Assembly: GCF_009914755.1 (NCBI RefSeq)
Contig: NC_060926.1
Length of the DNA: 64,000 bases
From: the human T2T-CHM13v2.0 reference genome, Homo sapiens
Direction: 5' to 3' (one strand)
The notes beneath the pieces are model-generated. The model searched no databases. It was not told the origin of the DNA and worked only from the letters and a program-made list of their open reading frames with translations. Of this stretch, positions 42,780-56,929 are shown piece after piece; positions within the stretch are counted from its first letter, which is position 1, and each line of letters begins with the position of its first letter. The position numbers were made by a program, and so were the translations under genes.

Positions 42780-43480
42780 TCGGCTTCATGAGCTGCCTGA
42801 ATCAAGAGTAGCTCAGGGCTGATGGATGCCCATGCACCATGATGAGGTTATCTAGAACAGAAAATACAAGCATAGCTAGAGATGAAAGAAGGAATAAGAA
42901 AACACATATGGGAAGGACTGCTAAGAGGCAGGAAGAGACACAAAGGGGGCCTGGTGTGAGGAGGAAATGTGGTTTTGAAGTCAAAGACAGTCACTCCAGA
43001 ATTTAAAGTCCTGTCAAAGGCAAAACAGGTCCTTCGGGAAGCTCCCTCGTGATGTGGAGTGGGAGCCCGGAGGCCTCCAGAATGCATAGGGACAAGGCAA
43101 AAGGGTGGATGGGATTTTAAACAAGAGGAGAATAAAAGGATACTGCATATGGGGGAACGTCTGAACTATGGGTGTCCTCAAGGCAGAGCCAGACTCCACG
43201 GGATGAAAACCATATTCAGAGACACAGCAGGGCAGCAAGATGGGTCTGCAGAAGCTCCCCCAGCACCTGCTAAATCAACAGAAATAGAATACAGAAAGAA
43301 ACACATCCCTCGACATACACCAATAAAACACTTAAGCTGCAAGGAAGAAGGGATCTTTCAAACACTTAGGTCAAAAAACAACAGCACCACAAGGAAAAAG
43401 CTCTGAAGGCCTGAGGCTTCCCCTTGGCTGCACACAGATGCATAAACTGCTTATCACATGAAGCAACAGGAAGACCACCT
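42780..43480 (+). mobile_element. Ancient L1/HAL1 ORF1 remnant
   Basis: A-rich; translation HIPRHTPIKHLSCKEEGIF resembles L1 ORF1p TPRHIIVK...KDKEKIL. Confidence 0.55.
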
Positions 43481-44058
43481 TTGGTGTACAGGCATTAAGA
43501 AGACTGGTGGCTGCCGCTCTTCCTCGTGTCTGCTGATGAAAAGGCATAGCAGAGAAGAGATCGACCCAAGTGGCCCAGAATGAAGCTCACAACAAAATCC
43601 CCGTTGATAAGACAAGAAAAAAACCAAGCTATGACACAGAGGAGACATTATTTTCATTATTTGAGGATGATCTGAGTTATTGTCTTTCCAGGGACAACTT
43701 AAAAATGACTAGAACGGATATGAGTTCAGGAGGTGGCTGGTAACAAAACATCCATGTCTAAGCATCTGTGATTTTTCTAGATGCTCCATGTATCGGCAAA
43801 ACCAAGTTTAGATCCTCAGAGTGAAGGATCAACTCTGCTGTCTGTATGTATGCATGTATGTGTATACTTATTTTGAATACATATATACCTGTTCACTTAT
43901 TATTTTTTTCTGAAATTGGGATGTTTTCATGACCATTACATATATTAAATATAATAGCCTTTTTTTTCCTGGAAAGGTGACATCAAGTTAATGGTGCATT
44001 TTCTAATCAACATTGTTTTTGAATGAAGGAAATGTGACTCAGTTGAGAAAATGCATTT

Positions 44059-44378
44059 GGCCAGGCACGGTGGCTCATGCCTGTGATCCCAGCACTTTGG
44101 GAGGCCCTAAGGTGGGCAGGTCTCTTGAGTCCAAGAGTTTGAGGCCACCCTAGGCAAAATGGTGAAACACCATGTCTGCAAAAATTACAAAAAATTAGCT
44201 GGACATGGTGGTGGGCGCCTGTAGTCTCAGCTACTCAGGAGGCTGAGGTGGTAGGATCGCTTGAGGCCAGTAGTTTGAGTCTGCAGTGAGCTGAGACTGT
44301 GTGATTGCAACACTGCACCCCAGCCTGGGCAACAGAGCAAGACCCTGTCTCAAAAAAAAAAAAAAAAAGAAGAAGAAA
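44059..44378 (+). mobile_element. AluJ
   Basis: Diverged dimeric Alu, A/GAA-rich tail, TSD AAAATGCATTT at 44048-44058 and 44381-44391. Confidence 0.94.
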
Positions 44379-44559
44379 GAAAAATGCATTTTATTTGCAA
44401 GAGTTACAGAATGATGAAGTGTAGAGTGTCATAAATCAGGAGGTGCGTGAGAGCAGTGGCAGAGCCCTCTTCAGCATGAGACCTGGAAGGGACGAGGCAG
44501 CCCCTGCTCTGGGCAAGGACTTCATGTTTAACATGCCAGGTCTCTGGGGAGGGCACTCT

Positions 44560-45200
44560 GATGTGTTGTGGATAGAATTCCAATTAAAATGCCAAAAGTC
44601 TACTTGGGGGGAACAAAATGATATTGAGTTCACTTGGTAGAATGACTGTGCAAGAACAGTCGGGAGCCTGGAAAATAACAACGTGAAGTGGCCCCGGGTC
44701 CAAAATATCAACACGCCTTAGAACCAGAGTAATGAGAGGAGCACGGCGCTGGTGCTGACAGAAAATAGAATCAGAGCGAAGCATTGATGGTTCAGAAATG
44801 ACTCAAGATATGTAAGTATTTATCACATGAAAAGGGAGAATGAAATCCGTGCGGAAAAGAGCAGATTGTGCAATAAATGTTACTGGCATAGGTGGTTACA
44901 GTTTTGGGGGAAAAAAATTAAAGTTGGATTCTTACCTCACAGTGAAATACATTCCAGATGGCTTAAAGAGATAAGTGTAACACAAATGAAATGGTAAAGG
45001 AATTTGAGGGGAATATTGGTGAATATTTTTACACTCCGGGGGTGAAAAAGGCGTCTCTTAGCATAACACCTAAGTTAGAAAACAGAATGGAAAAGTTATA
45101 TTACTCTATATAAAGTGAAACTTCCATATGTGACTTGCAAAGGCAAATGAAACACTGACGTCACTATTTGCAGCAAGAAACGAAGAAACAAAGAATTTCT
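44560..45200 (+). mobile_element. Old L1M ORF2 3' remnant
   Basis: CAATAAATG...AAGTTGGATTCTTACCTCAC...ATTCCAGATGG...AATATTGGTGAATAT motifs. Confidence 0.6.
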
Positions 45201-45559
45201 ACCTTTAATTTATAACAACACGGCCCTTGCCCTCAGCCAGCGCTATTATCGGTGCTTTCTGTAGTCATGGATTTAATCCTTCAGCTGGCGGGGGGCGGTG
45301 AGCCCCACTGCTCAACGAGGAGCTGGAGACACGAGGACATTCAGGAACTTGCCTAAGAGCTCCCAGAAATCAGCAGCTCACAACATAAGAAGGGCAAAGG
45401 AATCTAAGAGGGAAAATTATTCAGATTCACGGATAATCAAAGAATTGGCATTGAAATCACAGTCAAATGTTGATGAATGGATTCAAGTGGATGGTCAAAA
45501 ACATCAAGCACTACTGAGGAACGGGGCCACTGCTCCTGTCTGCCCTTGCCATGATCCCC

Positions 45560-45730
45560 AGGAGGAGGCCCGTGTGGCCAGGCAGCCCAGTGATACATGG
45601 AGCAAGTCACTTACCACTCAGCCTCCTCCTCTGTAGCCTGAAGGCCATCATGGCATGTTCTTCAGGTTGTTGCTGTGAAGATTATGTGATTACTCCAAGA
45701 TCCTGGCTTGGAGACTGTGTATTAACGTGA
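45560..45730 (+). mobile_element. MIR fragment
   Basis: GCAAGTCACTTACC...CTCAG...CTCTGTA...GGTTGTTGCTGTGAAGATTA. Confidence 0.6.
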
Positions 45731-48654
45731 CAGCTCAGACATGCTGGAACCAGACTCTCAGGGTCTCAACAGCTGGCTTTTTCTTAGAAGTCCATGAATC
45801 AGGGAGGCAACAGGAAGGTCTCAGAGGCCGTCCTAGGAAGCAGCACAGTTCATGACAATGTTCACACACTGACACTGGTGGTGCAGTTAATAGAAACCTG
45901 GTCCAGCTATTTGGGGATTGCAAAATGGAATAAACCTCCCAACATCCAAAGGATTGGTTTCTTCTGCTTTCTTTGGGGATTTGAAGAAATCTCTCAGCTC
46001 TTCAGAAGAGAGAAAGAAGGAAGAAAGGAAGGAGTGTAGGAAGGGAGGGAGGAGGGGAGATGGACAGGAGTCACCAAGTCCTGCCCCAGGGGTGATGGCA
46101 AATCCAAGAGCCGGTAACACTGGGAGTCTTGGGGGTGCTTAGGATTCAGGGCACCCACAGGTGGGCTCAATGGTGCTGAGTCCATGAGCCTTCTGTATTT
46201 GGGATGGGCCCTCCAGAAACTTTCTGGTTCCTTAGTCATCCCTGCCTGGGGCAGTTGGCCACAGCCAAGGGGACTGGATGGAGGGGGCAGGTGTGGCCAC
46301 CCCAGGGTAGTCCACGATGGGCTCCTCCTGTGTCTCCTCCCAGCATTGCTGTCATGCCTCCAGACCTCTCTCTCTGCTGCACATTCTCGAGTCCTTGGAG
46401 GCCAAAAGAAGAATCCTCCTCTCCTGGGGGCTGTTTTCATTTCCTGGGCAGACGCTGCCAACTCTGCCATCCTGGGGCAGCAGCCCGGGCCATCTGCACA
46501 ATGGTGGGAACTGCCCCCCTCCCCCTACTGGCCGTTCCAGTCACTCATCCATGCTGTCACGTCAGTTGCTTCCTGGGCCTCATCTTCCTCCTCTGGTGAG
46601 AACAGTGGTCTCCATGCACCACGACTTTAGCTTTCAATGTCATAGTCTTAGCCTGGTCCCACTGAGGGCAGAGCCTGGGAAGAGGCTCCATAAATGAATG
46701 AGGGGACTGATGATCCGGGGCAGGACTGAGAGATGATAGGGAGGAGACAGAGTCAGTGCAAAGACATTATTCTTGTAGGGCCTGGGGCGTCCCCGCCAGA
46801 CCCCCTGAGAAGGAACATGCTGACCCCGTGAGTTCCCATCCCCTTGGAGATGGGCGGCCCCTTTGGGATCAACCCCTGCTCCACGCTCCAGGCCAGGTGA
46901 CCCTGAAGTGTGGCTGTGTGAAGCCGACCACCACCTGTGGGAACTGATCACTGGTCACTGCAGCAGAGGCTGGGGTGAGGCGGGGCTTGATGTATCACAC
47001 AAGAGGCGTCTCTGCTTGCAGACCTAGTCAAATGACACTTTCCCCAAGGCCTCTCTATACCTTCTGCTGACTCTGGACCCAGCAGTTTCCAGAGAGTAAG
47101 TTGTAACTGGCTGTGCCACTGCGGGCTGGGTATACGCAAGCTCTCGGTCTGTATGCAGAGGGTTTTGGTAAGTTCTCTGAGTACACAGTGAATTGCAACT
47201 GCCCTGGGCTGCTGTGAAATGAAGCTGCATTAGACGTGTAGCATCCACAAGGGAGGGCATAATCCAGACCTGTCCATATCCATCAGACCCTCCCCAGAGG
47301 GCAGAGTCCCCCTCCCTTTGTGCCTTTAAAAGTGTTAGATTTTACACTCCTCTCTCACTCTGCTTCTTGAGATACAGGGTCCAGAGAAGCTCGGGCTGCA
47401 GGTGAACCCTGTGTTCCTGGGCAGAATCCCTCTCCTAGGTGCTGCAGCGTTTCTTAGTCTGCAGGGTGAAGGGCAAAGTAGAGAGGCTTCCTGGTGCCCT
47501 CCCCTTTCTCCCAGGCTGGACACGGGGGTAGCTCTTCCCTGTTGGTCTCCTACCTGTGGCTGCTGTCCCTGCCCCAGATCCCTCTAAGCAGAAAACATCC
47601 CCTAATCCAAAGACAGAGAAAAATTAAAGGGCTGAGCCTACAGAATCCATCTGGCCTCCGAGGGGCAAGATTTCCCCAGTTCACACTCCCAAAACCTTCC
47701 CAGGTCCCCTAGTCTGGTGACCTAACCTCCCTCCTCCATCCCAGGCATGGCTCAGGACTTGGGATGCTGACGTTTGTGGGTTCAGAGTGGCCCTAGATAC
47801 CCCAAATTCATCATGTGGCCTATATGTATCAATCTGGCGTTTCTCAGCTCTCCCCAGTGCACTCTCCCTCCTGGTCTGGAGGCCTAGCAGGCTGGGAGTG
47901 GGGTGTCAGCTGGGCTCCAGTGCACCGTGCAGAGCTGGATGGGAAGAGCCCAGCGGGGAACGGGGTCTTGTGAGTGTGATGTGACATGAGGCTGAGCATC
48001 CAGACCCTTCCATGAGGACTCTATGGGGCCAAGGCCTCAGTGCAGACCCCAGGAAGACCCTTGGGAGAGTCAGCAGTGTGGGGGTGACCACTGGCATGTG
48101 AGGAGTTTGAGTCACTGTGGAATGGACACTTGAAGGAATCCTACTAGGAGAAACGCACTCTGGGGGTGTGGCTGGTGACTGATCCGTGGCCTTTTAGAGT
48201 GAGTGGTTGTGTCTATAAGTGAAATTCCTTCTCTACTGAAACTCAGGCATTGGAATGGTCAACCCCAGCCTCTTCATCCTAGGTCAACAACAGACACCGT
48301 GGCTCTAAAACTCATGTGTCCTGGCCCTCCAAAGCCAGACAAAGGCAAGGTGGGCTCATCCAAGGACTTAGAGAGATAATGTTGCCCCGTCTCCTTGGGC
48401 GGCTGACATTTGGCATCCACATGGGAATGGCCAGGCCCGAGTAGAAACACATGTGGAAGCTTGGGGCTTCCAGGATGACTCTGCGGAGGGAGCAATTAGG
48501 GGAATTCATGGTTCTGGGATCAGTTACATTCCTTGGCCGAGGGAGCTGATGGACCCAAGGTTCTGGGGCCAATTGCCCAGGGCGCCCTCAGTGCCTGCCT
48601 GATGCAGGCACCCAGGCAGAAGAGCGGGTGGTCAGACAAGACGACGAGGATTTA

Positions 48655-48960
48655 AAAATAAACTTCATTTCTTATAAGAGTTTTACATTTACAGAAAAAT
48701 TACAAAGATAGTACAGAGAGTTCCCATACACCCCACACCGATGGGGGGACCTTAGTGTCCCCTCAGTCACTGTTCCAGCAGGAAACACATGTGTCCAGGG
48801 TGTTCCAGGTGCTAGCCTGTTGGGGATGGGCCATCTTGTGAGATTATTCTCGTGTGGTTGTTCTGTTACCATGTCCAATGTTACATCTTCATAAGTCCTG
48901 CTGAGGGTCACGTGGCTCTCATGGGCATGCAGTGAAGCTAAACACATCACAAGTGGACGT
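48655..48960 (-). mobile_element. L1MC/MB 3' end fragment
   Basis: TTTTACATTTACAGAAAAATTACAAAGATAGTACAGAGAGTTCCCATACACC. Confidence 0.7.
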
Positions 48961-49289
48961 CAGCGCATGTCCAGCTGAGGAGGGAAATGTCACGGGGAGG
49001 GAAGCAGGCAGGCACATTCCTGGGAGCTGAGGGGCACTCTGTCCCCAGAGACCACCGTCTATGGAATTGAGCTCTACCGGGCAGTTGAGCTGGGCTGGGT
49101 GGCCCCACTCCCTCTTCCAGGACAGCTGTGAGCATTGGCAGAGAGCTTCCCAGGTTCTTCCACTCTTGCTGTCTGCAGCAGGTGCATGGCCCTCTCTGCC
49201 TCGATGGCTGAAATTGTGAAATATTTTATATATATAAAATAATTTATACCTTACATGGTACTTATAGTGAGGCAAGCCCTGTTAATCAA

Positions 49290-49400
49290 TGAATATTCCC
49301 AACCACCCCATGAGGTAGTGGGTATTTCAACACTCATTTTATAGATGAGGAGATGGGCACAGAGAAGGAAGCATCCTACTCCAGGTTAGGGAATCTGTCC
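49290..49400 (-). mobile_element. MIR fragment
   Basis: CCCCATGAGGTAG...CATTTTATAGATGAGGAGATGGGCACAGAGA. Confidence 0.7.
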
Positions 49401-50407
49401 CAGAGACTCGGCAGCCAAGTGGAGAAACATAACCTTGCTGAGCTGGTTCCAGCCACTGTTGTTCCTTCTGGTCATGACCCCATTTAAATCCCTGCACAGA
49501 GGGCAGCAGAGCAGCCTAGGAACAGAAGAGCTCCCTGCGAGGAAGGAGGCCTGCCTGGGGATGGGTTGAGGTGGTAATGACAGCCTCGGGAAAGGCTTTC
49601 ACGCAATGAAAGATGCTTTATGTAAAGCGCATTCCCCAGTAGCCTAGCGTGTTAAGATGGAGTTTGTGCTTCCAAGAGGAACCAAGTCAAAGTCAGGGAG
49701 GCCTTGGGCTGTGCTGGGGAGGCCAGGGCCCTCTGGGAAGCTAGGACTCACAGTGTGGCTGCTGTAGCAGGTGGTTCGCGGTGGCAGTGTGGCAGTGGGC
49801 AGCCTGAGAGGCGTCAGCACTCTCGGCTTTCTTGTGCTTGTCCTGCGAATGCACTCCACTCCTCTGTGCTCCTGGGCATCCTGGCAGATGTTACACACAC
49901 TAAAAATAATGGCAAATAGCAGGATGTGGTAGGGACAAAGGCCACATGACCAAATGCACCGAGAACCAGGTAGGGGCCATAGGGGTTACTTGTGCCAATG
50001 GGCTCCAGCCTTTACAGCCCTAGGCTGGGGGTTGGTTTAAAGAAGCAGGCGCATGGCTGGTGTCTCCAGGACAGGTTGTCTGACTTGGGCATGGGGCTGT
50101 GTAAGCAAGGTTCTGCCCTGGTCTCCTGTCTCATCCCCACCCCTGTACTCACTGTACCTCTGGCACAGGTAGGTGACAGGCCAGCCAAATAATGGGGGTA
50201 TCGGGGGACCTGAAAACCCCTGAAGGAGGCCCCTCAGAACGCCTTGGGTTCTACACATGAGTTTGAAGTCATGGGGGTCTTTGACCCTGCAGTCACCTAC
50301 AGACACAGTTCCCAAAGACCCACCTCCTGTCTGCTGCCTTCTTCTCCCACACACAGGCACAGGACTCAGTTTCCATATAGTCATTAGCACCATTGAGAGT
50401 GGTGTTT

Positions 50408-50638
50408 GGGAAACAGAGAGAAGGAGAGAGGAGAAAGAGGAAGAGGGAGGAAGATAGGAAGAGAGAAAGAGAGGGAAAAGAGAAACAGAAGGGGAAGACA
50501 GAGATGGAGGGACAGAAAGGGACAGACAGAGATAAAGAGGCAGAGAGAGGGAGAGAGAGACAGAGAGAGAGTCAGAGAGAGAGAAAGAGAGAGAGAATCA
50601 GAGAAAGAGAGTCAGAGAGACAGCCAGCGAGAGAAAAG
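50408..50638. repeat. GA-rich low-complexity repeat
   Basis: Degenerate (GA)n/(GACAGA)n. Confidence 0.9.
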
Positions 50639-53084
50639 TACAAGCATGAGCCTTGGAAGGTAATTCCAATTCTGATGGCTAATGATTTTATTTGTTGTGT
50701 TTCCAGTTTCATCTGGGAGCACTTTGCAGTGAAGCTAATTGCGTGTCTTCCTTGTGCTGTGGAATCACGGGCCAAGGTTCTCCTGCTTTTGTTGTGGTGA
50801 GAGGAGATTTCTTCCAAAAGATCTCACAGCCAGCCTTCCCTGAACAAAGGAGGATGGAACACGGACACGTCTTTTTGATCAAGAGATGGGTTGTCTGTAT
50901 TTCGGGCTAGGGAGACCTGGTGGAGGCTGCCCGGGGCTCGTGCCCCATCCACCTCTCATGGAGGTGGTCCCTTTCTTGGCCCAGATGCTGCACAGGCTCC
51001 ACTTAAAGTTCTCCGGGCACCATCTCAGGGCCCTTGCCCTTGCTTCCCTTTCTCTAATTTGTATTTGTCAAAAGGTTTTGGACACCTTATTATACATCTT
51101 AATCATCTCCTGACATTTCTTCCTGGTTTCCCACGACTCCACTCAGATCCCAAATTTCATGGGGGCTTCTCTTTCTATCAAAAGTGCTGTCTCTGTCTTC
51201 TCTCAACCAAGCTGAGATTTGCTCCTGGGGCAGGGGAGACAGCCCAGATGCCACTGAGCTGCCGGCCCCAGCTCCTGAACCCTCCCTGCCCTCTCCTCGC
51301 ACCGCCAACACTGTTAGCATTATTTATTGGCAGTTGATTTTCATTCTGTGAGATCTTCTGGCTAAGAAATACCAATGAATGCCTAAGGCCACGCCTTTGC
51401 CCAAACCCATGGAGTTACAGCCCTGTATCAAGTATCTCAAACTCCCAAACAAAACCCATAACAATCACAAACCCCCACCTATGGTCTTGTCTCAAAGAAG
51501 AGCCGAGTGTGTTAGGAGCCATTTAGTAGCCGAGGAGAGAAGACCCCAAAGCGCTGTGGAAACCTCTGTGGGGCTGACCAGCAGCGCTGGCCTTCAGCAC
51601 GCTCATCCTGGGTGGGGCTGCAGGAAATGTTTAAGGCCCTCATCAAATGTCTTATATGAAGTCAGACCATTTATGCTTCATGGAACTCATGTATTCTAGT
51701 GACCAAAGTATTTATATTTAAATGCTGGCCTGTGGCTCAGAAACACAATTCTAGGAAGAAGGACATTTTTACTTTTGGATACATATTGCACTTTCTCCAC
51801 AGTCAGCTGGAACCTGAAGAAAACCTGAAGAGAACACATCTTGGCTCTGTTCTGCAACGAATCCTGGAGTAACAAAACTGTCACTAGTTGCCTTAGATGG
51901 CCCACACAGTACGGCACAGCCAGCTGGCAGAGAAACACTCACATCAGCAGAAATGCTTGTTGTACTGTTTGGCTTTAAAAAAAAAAAAGCAAAAACTGAT
52001 TCCTCTTAAGTTGACCTGTGTGTGCAGACCACAGTGGAGCAGCCCTGGTGACTTTTTCTTTCAACCGTTACCCTCTAGGACACAAATTCCCCCACGAGGC
52101 ACACTCTGATTGGGCCTCTGTCACTGGAGAGTAAACATTTGGATCTTTGTCAAATGGCTTTTTCTTAGGTGTTCAATAAACAACAAAACGTCTAACAAAG
52201 AAGGAAGCATTTTCCTCGCTCAGACAAATAAAGTCTCAAACTTTAAAGCTTATTTTAAAGCTGGAAAATACAAATTGTGTAAGTCTCATGATAGAGGCAT
52301 TTGAAATAAATTTCAAAACTTAATCCAAGCCTCTTTCCTCTGCAAGCAGAAGAAAAACATATGTCTCATCGAGCTTGCTCTAGCTGCTCCCCAGAAAGTC
52401 AAGGCTGTGTGAGAGCCCACCCTGCTCGGGGGTCCTGGAGGCAGAGTCTCAGGCCCTTACTGCAGTCCCACAGCCCCCCACAGCCTCTGACAAAGGGCAA
52501 CACAGAACCTAAGCCATTCCCAAGTCGCTGAGGGTTGTTTTCCCAAATGGAGCTGAGCAGCGGTCATTGAGCATGAATATAATCTTGCTGCCCATAGTCA
52601 AATTGGGTTGAACAAGTAGCTTTTTCTGCTTCCAGGCTGCCCATAAAACAAACATGACTCTTGATCCGGAGGACAAAGCTCTGTGGGTGCAGCTCATTTT
52701 CTGCCAGGGCCACGGGACCCCGTGGCAAAATGGGTAGAGGTGGAGGAGCTGCAGGAGGGAACATATCCTTCCAGGTCAGAGCCCAGGCCCTTTTCTCTCC
52801 CAGAGTCTCTGCCCTGAGGCTCAGAGCTTGTCCTAACCCTCAGCCCCATTGAATACATCTCTCAGTCCAGCCCTCAGGGCACCCTCACCTCAAATATGAG
52901 TATTGTTCCACATCCTCCCCCATCCAGTACTTCATTCAGTTTCATGCGAAGATTAATTCTAACCAGCTAATTCACACGAGTGTGCAAACGACTAATAGAT
53001 CCTTACTACTCATGGAGGCCTTTGCATTGTTACATGAGATGCTTTGATAAATTAATTTCTACTTAATGAATTTGTTAGCACTTT

Positions 53085-53225
53085 CCTTCCTTTTGAACTA
53101 ATTTTTGGACTCAGAAGAAGTTGCAAAAATGACACAGAAAGGTCCATGGTCCATCTCCCAGCTTCCTTCAGTGGTGACATCTTGCATAACTAGGGCACAT
53201 TACGCAAACCAGGAATACTTAACAG
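53085..53225 (-). mobile_element. L1MC/MD 3' end fragment
   Basis: GAAGTTGCAAAAAT...CCCAGCTTCC...ACATCTTGCATAACTA...AAACCAGGAA. Confidence 0.7.
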
Positions 53226-53271
53226 AAAGAGTTAAGTATTGTAGTTGGGTGACCGAGTATGGTATGAGCTT

Positions 53272-53320
53272 GTGGTGTGAACGCATTGAGGTGGTGTGAA
53301 TGCATTGAGGTGGTGTGAAC
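53272..53320. repeat. 19-bp tandem repeat, ~2.6 copies
   Basis: GTGGTGTGAA(C/T)GCATTGAG repeated. Confidence 0.9.
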
Positions 53321-56300
53321 TCAGGTGCAGAGGATAGGGGAACACTTTCATGATCAGTTCTCTGAGCTAGTCCTTCTCTGGCTCCAGAAATTCTCTCAAG
53401 GCTCCCAGCACGTTCATGATCTCCTCTGCGTCCCCCCAACTTCTGCCACCCATGGATCTCTACCCCTTCCATTATTTGGGGTTGAGGGCTAAGCCCTGGG
53501 ATCCTGGCAGGAGGGCCACCCTGCTTCCTTCCCGGGCCAACATGTGCCACTTCCACTCCAACTAAATGAGCTCTTTGCTCGGCCGTGGGGCTGGGCCTGC
53601 CTTTGGGTTCCCCCTCACCATGGGTTTCCCCACTGGAATGGTCCCCATCTGGCTATCCCAGGCCCTGGTCATCACGTCCTGTGCTCACCTGAGGCTGAAC
53701 ATCCCGCGGCACCTCTCGTTCTGCACAGTTCAAAGCTGCCTGTGTGTTCTTCTCAGGGCAGCTCCTGTGGACTCTGCCTCAGTGGGGGCACCCCCTTCCA
53801 TGCATGCACCCCCACAGTAGGTGGATCCCACAGCCTTCTGGGTCTGCCTCCCAAACGGGACAGGCTTCCTGCACTTCCCCATCGCAGCCCTGCTGTGCTG
53901 GCCAGGGCCATACTAATTCTTGAATAGTGCAGAATCTTGGTATTATCATCCCAAGTGACCTCCCTGCTGGGGATGATGCTGTCATCCACCCAAAGCTGTG
54001 GGCAAGCGTATTGGTGAGTTAGAAATGTTAGGAGTTCCCATATGGAAACCTTCCCAAGGTCTCGGCTTAACGCTGTCATGATATCTGGACATTCTCGTGG
54101 GCTTCAGTGGGTCCCCTCTTTGGAAGGTTGCAGGCCTGGGCTTGTCAGGTTAATGGCCCACGGGGTAAGGGGCTGTCGAAATGCCACAACCCACCACTCA
54201 CCTCCTCCATCATCTGGAGGAATGCAGCGCTAACAGCTCCAAGTTGGCTGCGATGCTTGCAGGTTCTCCTATGGCCACGCACCTCGTGGCGGCTGGGCTG
54301 GCCTCTTAAGCTGTCTCTGAGATTCACGCTTCACATGCTATTGGCTCACAGCGTTTGTATCAGGAAATGCTGGCCCTATTCCCCGTTTTCCTCTTTGAAC
54401 TTGACTCTCCTGCCTATTGCATTACTATCTTATTTATGTTATTTGTGTTTGACAGTGCAAACCTCTACCCATCTTTTTATTTTCAATGTTTCAGGGCCGT
54501 TCTGTGCTTATGGATGTTACTTTCCATCTGATACAAAACCTTTGTCTGTTAATGAAGACATTTTCAGTTTTAATTTCGGCACAGCTGTTCCCATCTCTGT
54601 CCTCTTGCTTTTTGTTTTCTGTTTGAATTTTTTCTTTTGCTTTTTTGCCATTCCTTTTCCTCTCTTTTTATCTGTCCCATGCTTGGCTTGCTTTTATCCT
54701 CTGTAGTGAGACAGCAGCCTTTCTATTTTTATTCCTGCTGATGGCTACGTTTCTGGGGAGAAAATGTCTGGTCGCGTCTGTACTGTCATGGTCACATTCA
54801 AAGAGATGGTCTTTATGTGTCTGTGTGCATCGGGTGCCTGGCGTGAGCTTGTGTGGATGTGACACGTTCCCACACGTTCCAGGTTCGGGCCTGGAACCAG
54901 GGCGGGCTGAGTGCCCCACTCTGCCCTGGACCTCGAGTCTGCAGGCCTGTTCTTGAGGGCTCTATGGTTGGAGGCAGGATCATCTCTGATGGACCCCCTG
55001 GCCTGATACCCACCAGCAGCATGGAGAGGCAGTGCCACTGTCGCCGCCCATAAGCATAGGGATCTGCAGCCCCACAGGGTGCTGTCTCCCCTTCATCTCC
55101 ATGACTGCCCTGGTCAGTGGCTGGTGCAATGTCAAAGGCACCCAGGGCCTGGTCAGAGGATGGAGGAAGCTGGAGAGCAGGCACAGCCAGGACGGTCTGT
55201 GGGCCGGTCCGTCACGTGGTGGCCTTTCACGTGCACCAGGGCCCTTCTGGAAGCACAGTGCAGATGGCCACACCCTCCTTCCTGCCCGCCACTGCTGACC
55301 CTCAGCCTCCTACCCTCTTCGCTCCTGGTCTCCTGGCTCCTCTGAGTACCAGCCCCCAAGGGCAGGTCACCCCTGGGCATGGATGGATGAGGCCCATGGG
55401 CTTGCTGTCACTCTGTGACCCCACAGTTGGTCCTCAGGGTGGGGACTCCACGTGTGCCCAGGGGCACTGAGACAAAGCTCAAAGGCCTCCCTATCCAGCA
55501 GGTCCTGCCCTCCCTGGATGGGGCCAAACCTCCTGCACACTCGTCCCTGGAGTAGGCAGGGTCCTGGCTGGGCCTCTGCCTCCCACAGGAGTCCCTGGGA
55601 GGGTAAAGAGGAGGAATGGTGAGTGGCCCCTTCCTCAGGCTTGTGAAGCTTCTGCACATGGCGAGATGAATCCCCGGCCTCGAGCAGCTCATGCAGCAAA
55701 GCTTTTCTTGGTGTTGCCCCCCTCCCCCAAATGAGTGGGCGGTGAGGGGAGAGGGTCACAGGGGTGCTCAGAGTGCAGCTTGGTCCAAAGAAGCCCCTTT
55801 CTGAGCCCCAGTTCTTATTACACACAGGCACCTGAATGGGGCTGGCCTCCTCCTCCTGCCACAGCAAAGATTCTGGGTCCGGAGGAGGGGATCAAACAGC
55901 ACCTTACGGGGTCTTGTCCCCAGGAGCCTGGCCTCTGCTGGGGACCTCAGGGCAGCACCATCAGAGCATAGGGCATACTTCCATCTAATGACCACTTCAA
56001 AATGTCTCCTTGTCCATACGCAGAGTCACGCCTGAGCAAAACTGTGACCCTCACAAAAAAGCAAACTCAAAACTACAAAAAGAACCACAGCCAAGACTTC
56101 CTCCTGTACCAAGCAGAGTGGCGATCGATGATGCTGAAATAGCTGGGCCAGCTTCAAAAGGTGTGGAGGTGGGAATGCTGAGATTACCCGACATCTCAGA
56201 TAGGTGAAGTGGCTTGGCCCTGAGCAGGGTCCCCAAATAATGCATAAGGAGATTTGAGTGTTTCGAGTAAATTCCTAAGCAAAAGGGAACAGTAAAGTAC

Positions 56301-56929
56301 TCTTAACAAAGTTTAGAAGCTCTTAAGCACATAGATCCTAGCAAGTGTTGGTCTATCTGTGTTCCTGGCAAGACAGCGCCCGATGGCTGCTTGCACCATC
56401 GACTCTGATGACCTCATCAAAACAGTTCCTTCCAGCTTATCTGCACTGTGGATGCGCAAACATGACAGGAATGAGCCCTGCCTGGGACCTTTCAGGACAC
56501 CATTCTCGGCATGGGCGTGAAGGCTATGCAGCTCCAGGGCCACGTCTGCCCAGGGTCTTTGCGGCTCACAGTCACCCCGTCAGCCTAGTCACTCCGGTGT
56601 GGCACAGGAGAATGAGGGGGGAAAGCCTGATGAGGGTGCAGGCACCGGTGTAAATGCTGAGCAGTGGGAAGTGGAAAAGCGCTTTCCTCATCGACGCTGC
56701 CCCACTAGCTAGTGTGACATCTGTGCCAGCTTGGCGGTTCCCCTACCCCTGCCTGCTAGATTGGTAAGTCCCCTCAGAATAGTGGACACAGCCCAAGAAG
56801 GGGCAAGCCAGGGCCACAAAGTGAGCCTGGGAGAACTTGCTGGGGGACCTGCCCTCCCTGCAGTCAAGGTCTCCTTCTTGAGTGAATGAGACACTTGAGT
56901 GAGACAGCCTGTGACTCTGTCTCACCCAC

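Noticed and set aside
50393-50800. E/R/K-rich ORFs
   Set aside because: GA-rich simple repeat
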